Assembly (NCBI RefSeq): GCF_039654945.1
Contig: NW_027361827.1
Coordinates: forward strand, 18,290,001 to 18,354,000
From: Dendrobates tinctorius
Taxonomy: Eukaryota
Length of the DNA: 64,000 bases
Direction of reading: 5' to 3'
How positions within the stretch are numbered: position 1 is the stretch's first letter; each line of letters starts with the position of its first letter. A model generated the notes under the pieces. It saw only the letters and a list, made by a program, of their open reading frames with translations. It searched no databases and was not told the DNA's origin. The position numbers and the translations under genes are program-made. This document shows, in pieces, positions 35,328 through 48,859 of this stretch.

Positions 35328-38300
35328 TTAACCACTTCCTGACATCAGACGTACTATCCCGTCCATGGGACCCGGGCCCCTATGCCCATGGACGGGATAG
35401 TACGTCTACCGCGATCAGCGGCGCCCACGTGGTAAGCGCCCCTGATCGCAGCCGGGTGTCAGCTGATTATCACAGCTGACACCCGGCACAATGTGTCAGG
35501 GGCGGTCACGGACCGCCCCCGACACGTTAACCCCTTGCACACCGCGATCAAACATGATCGCGGTGTACCGGGGGTTAAAGGGAAGCATCAGCAGGGAGGG
35601 GGATCCCTCCGTGCTTCCCTGACCCCCCACGGCAGCGCAATGTGCAGCGCTGCTGCGGGGGGCTCCTTTCCTGCAGGCCCCCGAATCCAAGATGGCGACG
35701 GGGGCCTTCGGGGGCCTGCAGGAAGCTGGCTTCCTCAGTGTCTGCAAAGCGCAGGCATGAGGAAGTCTGCAGCAGTGCCTGTGACAGATCACTGATCAGT
35801 GAAGTTAAAAAAAAAAAAATAAAAAAAGTGTTAAAATAAATTAAAAAAAATCACCAAATAAATTAGAAAAAAAAAAATATTCCCCCAAATAAATCCATTT
35901 TTTGGAAATAAAAAAAAAACAATAAAAGTACACATATTAGATATCGCCGCGTCCGTAACGACCCGCCCTATAAAACTGTCCCATTAGTTAACCCCTTTAG
36001 CGAACCCCTTAAAAAATAAAAATAAAAAACAAAGCAAAAAATAATGATTTATTATCATGCCGCCAAACAAAAAGTGTAATAACGCGCGATCAAAAAGACG
36101 GATATAAATATCCATGGTACCGCTGAAAACCTAATCTTGTCCCGCAAAAAACGAGCCGCAACACAGCATCATCAGCGAAAAAATAAAAAAGTTATAGCTC
36201 GCAGAATAAAGTGATGCAAAAATAATTATTTTTTATATAAAATAGTTTTCATTGCATAAAAGCGCCAAAACATAAAAAAAGACCTAAATGAGGTATCGCT
36301 GTAATCGTACTGACCCGAAGAATAAAACCGCTTTATCAATTTTACTGCACGCGGAACGGTGTAAACGCACCCCCCCAAAAGAAATTCATGAAACGCTGGT
36401 TTTTGTTCATTCTGCGTCCCAAAAATCGGAATAAAAAGCGATCAAAAAATGTCACATGCCCAAAAATGGTACCAATAAAAACGTCAACTCGTCCCGCAAA
36501 AAATAAGACCTCACATGACTCAGTGGGTCAAAATACGGAAAAATTATAGCTCTCAATATGTGGTGATGCAAAAACTATTTTTGCAATAAAAAGCGTCTTT
36601 TAGCGTGCGACAGCTGCCAAATATAAAAACCGCCATAAATAGTAAATCAAACCCCCCCATTATCACCCCCTTAGTTAGGGAAAAATAATAAAATTAAAAA
36701 AATGTATTTATTTCCATTTTTCCATTAGGGTTAGGGCTAGGGTTAGGGCTGAGATTAGGGTTAGGGGTGTGTTGGGGTTCGGGTTGGAGTTAGAATTGGG
36801 GGTTTCCACTGTTTGGGCACATCAGGGGCTCTCCAAATGCAACATGGCGTCTGATCTCAATTCCAGCCAATTCTGAGTTGAGAAAGTCAAATGGTGCTCC
36901 TTCCCTTCCAAGCTCTGCCATGCGCCCAAACAGTGTTTTACCCCCACATGTAGGGTATCAGCCTACTCAGGTCAAATTGCAAAACAATTTTTGGGGTCCA
37001 ATTTCTCCTGTTACCCTTAGGAAAATAAAAAATTGGCAAAAATATCATTTTTGTGGAAAAAAATATGATTTTTTTATTTTCACGTCCGAGCGTTATAAAC
37101 TTCTGTGAAGCCCTTGGGGGTTCAAAGTGCTCACCACACATCTAGATAAGTTCCTTAGGGGGTCTCGTTTCCAAAATGGTGTCATTTGTGGGGGGTTTCC
37201 ACTGTTTAGGTACATTAGGGGCTCTCCAAAGGCAACATGACACCCGCAGAACATTCCCTCAAAGTCTGCATTCCAAAACGTCACTACTTCCCTTCCGAGC
37301 CCTGACGTGTGTCCATACAGTAGTTTTCTCCCACATATGGGGTGTCAGCGTACTCAGGACAAATTGGACAACAACTTTTGGGGTTCAATTTCTCCTGTCA
37401 CCTTGGGAAAATAAAAAAATTGGGGACTAATTGATCATGTTTGTGGAAAAAATACGATTTTTTTATTTTCATGCCCTGGCATTATAAACTTCTGTGAAAC
37501 CTTTGGGGGTTCAAAGTGCTCACCTCACATCTAGATAAGTTCCTTAGGGGGTCTAGTTTTCAAAATGGGGTCATTTGTGGGGGTTTCCACTGTTTAGGTA
37601 CATTAGGGGCTCTCCAAAGGCAACATGACACCCGCAGACCATTTCATCAAAGTCTGCATTCCAAAACGTCATTACTTCCCTTCCGAGCCCCGACGTGTGC
37701 CCATACAGTAGTTTTCTCCCACATATGGGGTATCAGCATACTCAGGACAAATTGGACAACAACTTTTGGGGTCCAATTTCTCCTGGTACCCTTGGGAAAA
37801 TAAAAAAATGGTGACTAAAAGATCATGTTTGTGGAAAAAATACGAATTTTTTATTTTCACGCCCGGGCGTTATAAACTTGTGTGAAGCACTGGGGGGTTC
37901 AAAGTTCTCACCACACATCTAGATAAGTTCCTTGGGGGGTCTAGTTTACAAAATGGTGTCATTTGTGGGGGGTTTCCACTGTTTAGGTACATCAGGGGTT
38001 TTCCAATCGCGACATGGTGTCCGATCTCAATTCCAGCCAAAAACGTCAAATGGCGCTGCATCCCTTCCGAGCTCTGCCATGCGCCCAAATAGTGGTTTAC
38101 CCCCACATGTGGGGTATCAGCGTACTCAGGACAAATTGCACAATAACTTTTAGGGTCCTGTTACCCTTGGAAAAATAAGAATTGAGGGTGAAAAGATCAT
38201 TTTTGTGGAAAAAATATGATTTTTTAATTGTACGGCTGTATGTTATAAACTTCTGTGAAGCCCTTGGGGGTTCAAAGTTCTCACCACACATCTATATAAG

Positions 38301-38745
38301 TTCCTTAGGGGGTCTAGTTTCCAAAATGGTGTCATTTGTGGGGGGTTTCCACTGTTTTGGTACATCAGGGGTTTTCCAATCGCGACATGATGTCCGATCT
38401 CAATTCCAGCCAAAAACGTCAAATGGCGCTGCTTCCCTTCCAAGCTCTGCCATGCGCCCAAATAGTGGTTTACCCCCACATGTGGGGTATCAGCGTACTC
38501 AGGACAAATTGCACAATAACTTTTAGGGTCCTGTTACCCTTGGGAAAATAAAAATTCGGGTGAAAAGATCATTTTTGTGGAAAAAATATGATTTTTTAAT
38601 TGTACCGCTGTACGTTATAAACTTCTGTAAAGCCCTTGTGGGTTCAAAGTTCTCACCACATATCTAGATAAGTTCCTTGGGGGATCTAGTTTCCAAAATG
38701 GGGTCACTTGTAGGGGGTTTCCACTGTTTAGGTACATCAGGGACT
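35328..38745. mobile_element. TTAA-type (piggyBac-like) non-autonomous element with TTAGGG-like tract and ~360-380 bp internal tandem repeats
   Basis: Starts TTAACCACTT; shares segments with 25930-26350 and 30095-30794; about five repeats containing ttataaacttctgtgaagc...ctagataagttcctt at 36790-38745. Confidence 0.7.
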
Positions 38746-38891
38746 CATTTTTGCAGGAGTCTATAGTCTCACGAAGGTGTGGGCCACAGGTTGAGTCTTT
38801 AAGCAGATTATCATTTAGGTTCCAACATCTGAAGCCTTGGGATTCGGGTATATTCAGATTACGATATACAAGAGCATGATCTGACCATATA

Positions 38892-40875
38892 CAGTAAAGG
38901 AAATATTTATTTGATCTCTTGCTGATTTTGTAAGTTTGCCCACTGACAAAGACATGAACAGTCTATAATTTTAAAGAGTAGGTTAATTTTAACACTGAGA
39001 AATAGAATAATAGAAAATAAAATCCAGAAATCACATTGTATAAATTATATAAATTTATTTGCATTTTGCAGTGAAAAATAAGTATTTGATCTCCTACAGA
39101 CCAGTTAGACGTTCCTGATCAGCTCATTACCTTCATTAAAGATAGTTGTCTTACATAATCACCTTTATAAAAGACTCTTGTCCACAGACACAATCAATCA
39201 GACTCTTAACGTTCACAACATGGGCAAGACCAAAGAGCTTTCTAAGACTAGTTTCACACTAGCGTTTCACTGACCTGCGTCAGTCTGCGCACGGCCGCCG
39301 CTAAGCTCAGCCCTCGGCCGTGCCTCCTCCCGGCCGCTCTGCCTATGACGCTGCATGCGACCTGTGTACCCTATCTTTAGCATTGGGTACGCAGGCCGTG
39401 TGCAGATATGCGTTTGCCGGCGCATGCGTCTTTTTGACGGTGCGCCGAGCGCACAAAAATGCAATGCGGTGTGTTTGGCGCAGGTCGGCATGCCGGCAAA
39501 CGCATACCTGCGCACGGCCTGCGTACCCAATGCTAAAGATAGGGTACGCAGGTTGCATGCAGTGTCATGCGTCCATAGGTGGAGCGCCCGAGAGGAGGCG
39601 TGGCTGGGGGCGGAGCTTAGTGGCGGCTGTGCACAGACCGACGCAGGTCAGTAAAACTCTAGTGTGAAACTAGCCTTAGGATGTCAGGGACAGGATCATA
39701 CACCTGCACAAAGGTGGAATGGGCTACAAAACCATACGTAAGACGCTTGGTGAGGAGACAACTGTTGGTGCAGTAGTAAGAAAATGGAAGAAATACAAAA
39801 TGACTGTTAATCGACATCGATCTGGGGCACCATGCAAATTCTTACCTTGTGGGGTATCCTTGATCATGAGGAAGGTGAGAGATCAGGCTAAAACTACACG
39901 GGGGAACTTGTTAATGATCTCAAGGCAGCTGGGACCACATTCACCAAGAAAACCATTGGTAACGCATTACGCCATAAAAGTTTAAAATCCTGCAGTGCCC
40001 ACAAGGTCCCCCTGCTCAAGATGTCACATGTGCAGGCCCGTCTGAAGTTTGCCAATGACACCTGGATGATTTTGTGAGTGATGAGTGAGAAGGTGCTGTG
40101 GTCAGATGAGAAAAAAATTGAGCTCTTTGGCATTCACTCAACTCGCCGTGTTTGGAGGAAGATAAATGCTGCCTATGACCTAAAGAACACCATCCCCACT
40201 GTCAAGCATGGAGGTGGAAACATGTTTTAGGGGTGTTTCTCTGCTAAGGGCACAGGACTGCTTCACCGCATCAATGGGAGAATGGATGGAGCCATGTACC
40301 GTAAAATCCTGAGTGACAACCTCCTTCCCTCCACCAGGACATTAAAAATGGGTCTTGGCTGGGTCTTCCATCAAGTCAGTGACCCAAAACATACAGTCAA
40401 GGCAACAAACGAGTGGCTCAAAAAGAAGCTCATTAAGGTCATGGAGTGGCCTAGCCAGTGTCCAGATCTTAATCCCATAGAAAACTTATGGAGGGAGTTG
40501 AAGCTCTGAGTTGTCAAGCGACAGCCTAAAAATCTTAATGGTTTAGAGATGATCTGCAAAGAAGAGTGGAACAAAATTCCTCCTGAGATGTGCGCAAACC
40601 TCATCATCAACTACAAAAAACGTACAAAAAACTGCAGTGATTGCCAACAAGGGTTTTGCTACCAAGTGTTAAGTCTTGTTTGCCAGAGGGATCAAATACT
40701 TATTTCTCATTGCAAAATGCAAATTTATATAATTTATACAATGTGATTTTCTGGATTTTATTTTAGATATTGTATCTCTCAATTTTAATATTAGCCTACC
40801 CTTAAAATTATAGACTGTCCTTGTCAGTGAGCAAACTTACAAAATCAGCAAGAGATCAAATTATTTCCTTCATTG
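38892..40875 (+). mobile_element. Full-length degenerate Tc1 (DD34E spacing, long IR/DR ends)
   Basis: TA-flanked ~200-bp inverted repeats; MGKTKELSK|DVRDRII...WSDE...PDLNPIE; the second catalytic D is mutated. Confidence 0.92.
39246..39675. mobile_element. Harbinger-like palindromic MITE inserted in the Tc1 transposase
   Basis: TAA|GACTAGTTTCACACTAG...CTAGTGTGAAACTAGCC|TTA splits ...CTTTCTAAG-GATGTCAGG. Confidence 0.88.
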
Positions 40876-41199
40876 TAGCAGTTGCTATCTGAGATGTAGG
40901 TTGTCATGTAAGCAAGTGATGGCTAATTAAGACAGTCTATACGGCTATGCATATTGTGTAAAGTAGAATAATATGTATAATCCTTTGTATGGATGTAGTA
41001 TCCTCCATACATCAACCAACTGCATAGACTAGTGCACGTTTAGCAAAGCTTTCCTTTGTGTTTTAGATTGAGGTCTCCAGCCCAGGGACAAGTCTAAAGA
41101 AGGATCCAAGACCAAATTAAAGTCACCTCTAATGATAAGGCATTTTTCAAAAAAATTTAGTTTAAGTATTGACTTCATGTATTAATTTGGTCACAATTA

Positions 41200-42550
41200 G
41201 GCTATGTGCACACGTGTGGAATTGCCATGGAAATTTCCGCGGCAATTCCTCAACTCCCTGCCGCGGGAAATCCGCATGCGGAATTACCGCGAAAAACTAG
41301 CATTTTGCTTGCAGAATACTAGCGTTTTACAAGCGATCTGTAGCATCACTTGGAAAACTGATTGACAGGTTGGTCACACTTGTCAAACATAGTGTTTGAC
41401 AAATGTGACCAACTTTTTACTATTGATGTTGCCTATGCAGCATCAATAGTAAAAAGATATAATGTTAAAAATAATAAAAAAATAAAAAATCGTGATAGTC
41501 TCACCTTCCGGCGGCTGCCGCCGCAGCCTTCCCGATCTTCGCGATGTTCCCGGCAACTCCAGTTCCCAGTGATGCCTTGCGACAATGACCCCATATGACG
41601 TAGCATCACGCGAGACCGCTATGTCATCACAGGTCATTGTCGCAAGGCATCACTGGGAACGGGAGTCGCCGGAACCGTGGCTGAGAGGTGGGAAGGCTGC
41701 GGGGGCCGCCGGAAGGTGGGAATAACACGATTTTTTATTTTAATTCTTTTTTTAACAGGGATATGGTACCCAGGGCCTGGAGGAGAGTCTCCTCTCCTCC
41801 AGACCCTGGGTACCATCCGCACATCATCCGCTTGCTTTGCGCATGGTGGGCATAGCCACATACGGAAAGTAAGCAGATCGATGCATTGCTATGTGTGCGG
41901 AATTTCCATGATTCCGCAGAAAGAATGAGCGTGCAATGCGATTCCTCTGCGGAAAAATACACAGCATTAGCACAGCATTGCGGAATGCCATTGAATTCAA
42001 TGAGTTGCGGATTGTAAGAGTTTTCACGGTGAAAAAACACGGCAAAAACACCTATAATCCGCACGTGTGCAAACAGCCGTAGGCCTCTTTCACACTTCAG
42101 TTTTTTGTGTCAGTTAAAATCCGCCAAAAAGGTGGACAAGCGGATCCGTTCGTAACTGATGTGAACGGATGCCACAGGAGCCACGGATCCGCAGAATGAG
42201 GAAATTTAAAGGAACTGCTGGCGAGAGAGAGAGAGAGATTTTTCCACCACCAGAAAGGATTTCAGGGTTAATTTTCTCCCTGACTTCCTTTCTCCGGGCA
42301 TGCGCATTGGAAAATGCGGATCCAACCACAAAAAAAACGTTGCAGGGTCCGTCCAGGCATGCCGGCGGATGAAAAAACTTTAGCGGATCCTCACAAAAAC
42401 GGATCCAACGGATGACCATCAGTCAGATCCTCCAGTAATGCAACTCAATGGGGAAAAAAACGGCTCCGCAAAAAAAAATTGCGGATCCGTTTTTTTCAAA
42501 ACCTGACGGATTTTGACTGATTGTCAAAAACGGAAGTGTGAAAGAGGCCT
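41200..42550. mobile_element. Two adjacent Harbinger-like MITEs (41200-42078 and 42082-42549)
   Basis: GGCTATGTGCACACGTG...CACGTGTGCAAACAGCC and GGCCTCTTTCACACTTC...GAAGTGTGAAAGAGGCC termini. Confidence 0.8.
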
Positions 42551-43119
42551 TCGGGCGATAGAAGTATGAAGAGGTCAAAATTTTGGAGTAGATAGAGATC
42601 TTGACAAACGCATACCTCCCTTGTGTGTCAGTCTGACAGTGTTTCTAAAGTGGTATGCAGCAGTGATTTGTGTATGCCTATACTCACCCCCTTACACTTC
42701 CAAACCGCATTTGTACTGTGGCATCAAGATGAATAATATTTGTTAGTAAACTAAGGTATATGATCGCCTCTAAAATGGGTTTCCTGAAGAAAGGAAATGT
42801 ACAGTACACGTAGTTGATGCATAAGGTAAAACACTTGAGATCTTTTCTCTGGAACATTAAGTCCTCTGACATTCAATGAGCAAGTTTTGAATTGTGTCAT
42901 ATTAGTAACAAAGCGGAAGTATAGACGTCAGATAGTAATGCCTACCTCTCAGCGTCTAATCTAAGAAGTATAGATTGTGAATAAAATGAACACTAGGAAA
43001 TTGCAAACAAGGAGATTACAATGCAGATCCCTAGGGTTCTTATTAGGGGAAACATGAGATATATAGCACATAAAGTAATACAGCCTGACATTACGGTACT
43101 ATTATCTGAATTCAACCTA

Positions 43120-44356
43120 CCATATATACTCAAGTATAAGCAGACCCAAGTATAAGCCAAGGCACCTAACGTATATACTCGTGTATAAGCCGATATTTTC
43201 AGCACATTTTTTTGTGCTGAAAACACCCCCTCAGCTTATACACGAATCATTGTCCCAGGGGGTCGGCGGGGGAGTGGGGGCGGCAGGAGCCGGCGGCTGT
43301 CACATCATACTCACCCACTCATGGCGCGGTCGCTGCAAGTCCTCCCTCCATCTCTTTGCGGTCCCGGTGAGGCAGATTCTTCCTGTGTTCAGTGGTCACA
43401 TGGTACCGCTCATTAAAGTAATGAATATGCGCGCGTCTCTACTCCCATAGGCGTGGAGCGCATATTCATTAATTTAATGAGCAGTACCACGTGACCGCTG
43501 AACAGAGGAAGAAGCTGCCTCGCCGGGACAACAGAGAGATGGAGGGAGGGATTGCAGCAACCGCGCCAGGAGTGAGTGAGTATGACAGGGGGAGCCATGC
43601 ATACAACAGAGGGAGGACGAGGTAGCCATGCATACAACAGGGGGAGGACAAGGGAGTCATGCATACAACAGGGGGAGGACAAGGGAGTCATGCATACAAC
43701 AGGGGGAGGACAAGGGAGTCATGCATACAACAGGGGGAGGACGGAAGAGCCATGCATACAACAGGGGGAGGACGGAGGAGCAGTGCATACCACAGGGGGA
43801 GGGCGGAGGAGCCATGCATACAACAGGAGGACAGGGGACACATGCATACAACAGGGGGGAGGATGGGGGAACCATGCATACAACGGGGAGCTACAAATAC
43901 CAGGACAGGGATGAGATGACAATGCATACCCGGCTTATACTCGAGTCAATAAGCTTACCCAGTTTTCTGTGACAAAATTCGGTGCCTCGGCTTATACTCT
44001 GGTCGGCTTATACTCGAGTATATACTGTAATTTTGCCACGGAAACTGGGTATACTTTTTGACTCAAGTATAAGCTTAGTATACATGGCTCTCTCGTCCCT
44101 GTCCTGGTATGCATAGCTCCCCGGTCCCTGTCATTGTATACATGGCTCCCCGGTCCTTGTCCTTCTATGCATGGCTCCCCCATCCCGTCCTGGTGTGCAT
44201 GGCTCTTATCCCCTATCCTACTCAACCTCCAGCGTGCCCTTGCAGCATCTCGATGGTTTCAGCTTCCAGCAGCACTTCCGGCGTGATCACGTGGCGCCGC
44301 TCATTAAGGTAATGAATATGTGCTTCACGCCTATGGGAGTGGAGACACATGCATAT
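43120..44356. mobile_element. Tc2/pogo-like non-autonomous element with 29-bp minisatellite (43590-43890), plus a partial inverted relative
   Basis: ccatatatactcaagtataag...cttatactcgagtatatactg termini as at 20857; catgcatacaacagggggaggac repeats. Confidence 0.8.
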
Positions 44357-45737
44357 TGAGATTCTGATTTGGCTTTTATCCTAAGTCATATTGCAAGACT
44401 CTTTAGAGGGTTGATTGTGACTTGTAGGATCGCTATAAGAAGTTTTTGTGGGAAAAATGTGTGTGTTTTTTTAAAAAAAAATTTATTTTCAGGGCTCTAC
44501 GGTGGAATGTTCTATGAAGCACCTTGGGGGTTCAAGGTACTCACCACACATCTGGATACATGCTTTGAGGGGTGTAGTTTCCAAAATGGGGTCAGTTGTA
44601 GGAGGTTTCCACTGTTTATGCACATCAGGAGCTCTCCAAACACGACTTGGCGTCTGCTAATGATTCCAGCCAATTTTGCGCTCCCATAGTCAAATGGCGT
44701 TTCTTCCCTTCTGAGCCCTGCCGTGTGCCCAAACAGTAGTTTTCCCCCTTACATGTGGTATCAGCGTACTCAGGATAAATTGCACAACAAATTTTGGAGT
44801 CCACTTTCTCCTGTTACCCTTGTCAAAATTTAAAAGCAAAATGGGGTCTAAAGTAAAATTTTAGTGAAAAAAAGTTAAAATGTTCAATTTTTCCATCCAC
44901 ATTGCTTCCTTTCCTGTGAAGAACCTGAAGGGTTAATAAACTTGTTGAATGTGGTTTTGAGCACCTTGAGGGGTGCAGTTTTTAAAATGGTGTTACTTTT
45001 GGGTCTTTAAATGTGATATGGTCCCTAAAAAACGATTTTGTTGGAAAAATGAGACATTGTGGGTCAGCTTTAACTATAACTCTCTCTGGTTTAAGGGCAT
45101 AAAAATTACAAGATTGAAAATTGTGAAATTCTAAAGTTTTTTCTAAATTTCCGATTTTTTTTCACAAATAAACACAAGTCATATCAAACAAATTTTACCA
45201 CTATCATGTAGTGCAATATGGCATGAGAAAGCGCTCAGAATCAGTGGGATCCGTTGAAGTGTTCTGGAGTCCTTATCACATAAAGTGACACTAGTCAGAA
45301 TTGTAAAATTTTGGCCTGGTCACAAAGGTGAAAACAAGCTTGGAGAGAGTAAAGGGGTTAAATTATTTATTTATTTATTTATTTTTTTTTTAACTTTTTA
45401 TTGTATTTTGTAGTCTTCTTAGGATATTTCAACTTCAGATTGTGTGAATACCACAGTATTGCTGGGTATAGTACAAATCTGGGTCTCCTAAGAACAGTGT
45501 CATGACAGGCACAAGGTTCTTCACCAAAATCCCCAGCTGTCATGGCAACCCATTGGTGCCCCATGATTGTGTAAGTGGGGGCGTTGATGGGCAGTTAGAA
45601 CAGCGCACTCTCCACTGTAAATAACAGCGGTATTTAACAGGTTAACAGCCACAGGTGGATACAGCGATTATCTGCTGGGCAGGAGGCCAACTCATCTTCT
45701 GAGCCCACTACATTATTTTTCTCCTGATAAGGGGTAA

Positions 45738-46115
45738 AGAGGACCTCTCACCAGGTCAAAAATGGCCAGTTTTTGTTCTATTCCAGCTGCTCCCCTGAGT
45801 ATTCTGTTTTTGTTTTTGTTTCTTTTATATGCGTCATATGGTTCCAGAAATGTGGGCCTTTTATTTAGTTCTAATTTTTATGGTCTTTACCGAGGGGGTG
45901 GTGGTCACAGTGTAGTAATGCAGATCATCCTAAAGACGTGCCCCAGAGAATCCACTGAGCCACACCCCCTTGCAAAGACCATAAAAGTTTGCATGAATAA
46001 AAAAGCCCATAATTCTGGAGCCAAATGGTAGATTTAAAAAAATAAAAAATACTCAGGGCATTATAGAGGCAATAACATAAGAGAAAAAACTGGCCATTTT
46101 TGCCGTGGTGACATG
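45738..46115. mobile_element. T2-type palindromic MITE
   Basis: tcaccaggtcaaaaatggccagttttt...aaaaactggccatttttgccgtggtga. Confidence 0.65.
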
Positions 46116-46427
46116 CCAGCCCACATAAAAAATTGTGTTCACTTAACCTTTGAATATATTCATAATTAGCTTTTTGATGTGGGCTGTGCCCAGAAAATTG
46201 CAGTGAAGATAATTTGATTTTTTTTAATTGTATTTTTGATCTGTTGCACGTTGTTAAAAGCACAAAACACTCTTCTGAGTTTAGTAACATATTCATCCGA
46301 ACCCAGAAAACTTTCAAGTATTACATTGGTTCTTTATCTAATAAAGAAATTCAATTAAATTGCATTTCTTACATTTACATTTAAGATATTTTATGTTCTT
46401 GCCCATCCTTTCTTTTGTGTTTCGTAG

Positions 46428-46530
46428 GATTTGCAAGCAAGAACAGAGTCGCTATTTTGGCAGAACTAGACAAAGAGAAGAGAAAATTGATTTTGCAAAA
46501 CCAGTCTTCAACAAACAATCCAGGGGCAAG
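46428..46530 (+). CDS. INIP: INIP / SOSS-C coding exon (103 nt)
   Basis: Pyrimidine tract + TAG acceptor; (G)FASKNRVAILAELDKEKRKLILQNQSSTNNPGA(S); AG|GTGAAC donor. Confidence 0.97.
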
Positions 46531-47920
46531 GTGAACATGTTTCCAGAGATTGTTAGATATTATTTGTAGCTGTCCATAACCCAAATATATAGGCAGTTTC
46601 TTATGCTGACGTGACTAAGCCATCTGAGAGTAAAGCACAGAGCAGTTAAGAAAATGTTGAACCCCTTAAGTTTAGCCCCTTCACGTCATGGCCAGTTTCC
46701 TTTTTTTCATTTTTGTTTTTTCCTCCCCTCTTCCAAGAGCCGTAACTTTTTTTTATAATTTTTCCATCAATATAGCCAAAGGAGGGCTTGTTTTTTGCGG
46801 AACAAACCTGATTCCAGCAATGTGTCACTTTCTTGACTGCCTGCTGTAGTTTTGATAAAATTATTATTTTTTTTTTTATCAGCTGGAGTTTATCGTTAGA
46901 GGACGTGTATACCTGCTGCCATGTAGTACAAACCACTCTCCAACATTGATTGTCAACTTTCTGCTTATGCTCAGTCTACACAGAAAACTGTCAATCAGTG
47001 GTGTGAGCGGGGTTATACAGAGCTCAGCAGTCAGAGAAATGGTAGATCTGCAGCAGAGAAAACGATGATTTTATAAAAAGTGCAGAGAATTCCTGTAAGT
47101 GACATAACTAGAATTGGTGTCTCTGCCCCTACATCATACTGCTCTTATATTTAGTAGAAACACCTGGTGACAGATTCCCTTTATTGCTGCTGCTAAGAAG
47201 GGCTATATTCTGATGTGCTATCTTTTAATGCACTTGCATAGTCTAGATGCCCAGGCTATGGCTATGGCTAGACTCAAATAGTAGGTTTTTATTCAACTCC
47301 CTTAATCCATTTTCTTTAAAATCCAGCGTTTTATTTAACTCATTAGTGCTGATGATAGTTTTGACCTGCCTGAAACAACCCCATTTTCAAATTTGATGTG
47401 ATAATAACCCCATTTTCAAATTTGATGTGATAATAGCTTTCCAGTTTTTTATTTAATCCTAGTGATTTTGAGATTTTTATTTTTTTTTATGACACTTTGT
47501 ACTTTGGTAAAATTTGTGTTTATTTATGAAAGTGGACCCGATTCATCTAAGCTTTTATGCCAGAATTCTTTTGGCATTCTCACTCCGGCTGGGGCGGGAC
47601 AAGGGCGTGCAACCCCTGCTGGTCAAATCTATGACTAGAGTAAGATTTGTGGCAAGGTTCACATGCCTCTTAAGAAATCAGGAGCATCTGTTTCCAGCAT
47701 GCCTTCTCATCAAGACTGGTGTGAACAACGCCGGTCTTGACGAATCAGCAGCAGTGTTTTTAGTATCAAAACTTTATTTGTACTTTTTTTATATATATTT
47801 TTACAAATGTTATTGGATTTTTTTTCCCCTTTTTACTCAGTCCCACTATGAACTTTTAATTTTCTCTAGTCTGATCAGTGGTTTAGTACTCTGCAATACC
47901 TGTATATTGCAAGGTATTTA

Positions 47921-48247
47921 GGGCCTGTCACACTAAGCGATATCGCTAGAAATATCGCTATAATGTCACTGGTTTTTGTGACGTTATAGCGATATTTCTA
48001 GTGAAATAACGGCCTGGACCGTTTCTCGTCGTCCGCTTCCTGTGGCGCCGACGAGCGACGCGGGCATGAGGACGTCAGGATCGCCTCGTCTGACAGATAA
48101 GTAGCGACCCCCGACCCCTGCTATGTCGCTGGTGAGATCTGCCTGTGTGGCAGCTCACTAGCGACCACTTAGCGATGCACCAGCGATCCTGACCGCGTCA
48201 TATCGCTGGTCGGGATCGCTGGTACATCGCTAAGTGTGACAGTACCT
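47921..48247. mobile_element. Harbinger-like MITE
   Basis: TTA|GGGCCTGTCACACTAAGCGAT...ATCGCTAAGTGTGACAGTACC with TTA-type flank. Confidence 0.8.
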
Positions 48248-48859
48248 TTAGCCTTGTCATTGTTTCACGAACAACAGGCCTAACAGGCCACCTTATTTGG
48301 CAGATCCTAAAGCTAATGGGGTTAAAAAGGGAGCCCCCTCCTTCAAATAACTGTCTGAATGTCGCTGTTTACAGCAATATCTAAATGGTTAAATGGCCAC
48401 GATCAGGGCTTGCTCCGATTGCTGTTGTTTCTGTAGGTTGTTGGCTATGATATACAGCTGTCACCCGCTCATGATGATACCGGTTCTGCTTTGTGAGCTG
48501 GATTCATGACTGTGCCATACATGTACTGCAGTTTGCGGGAATACAGTGCCCACTGTGCTGTAAATGAATGGCAGATTTTGGGAAGGGGTTAATTATTTTT
48601 TTTTTTTAAATGAGATAGCATTATAAAATATTCACCTTCACTTCACTAACAGGTTTCTGACATACTATGGCCATTACTCAGAAACCTGACTGACCTGCTG
48701 TGTTATATATACCTGGTTGCTTACTAAACACACATCGTGTAACAAAACCGGGACAAATAGTCCTCAAACTCCAGCTCATGAAAAAACGCTAATGAAGAGA
48801 AAACTGTCCCCAAATCATGAAAAATGTATGCAAGATTCCACTATACCATGGGTGGCTTG

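Noticed and set aside
41067-41140. Acceptor followed by ...CAGGGACAAG, resembling the mammalian INIP start exon
   Set aside because: No ATG before it, no GT donor, and stops in all three frames.
18188-45361. One 27-kb piggyBac-like element bounded by inverted TTAACCCC ends
   Set aside because: Both are diverged copies of the same end of an abundant family, and TTAA is uninformative as a TSD.
47376-47435. 29-bp tandem duplication
   Set aside because: Ordinary local slippage in a decayed repeat.
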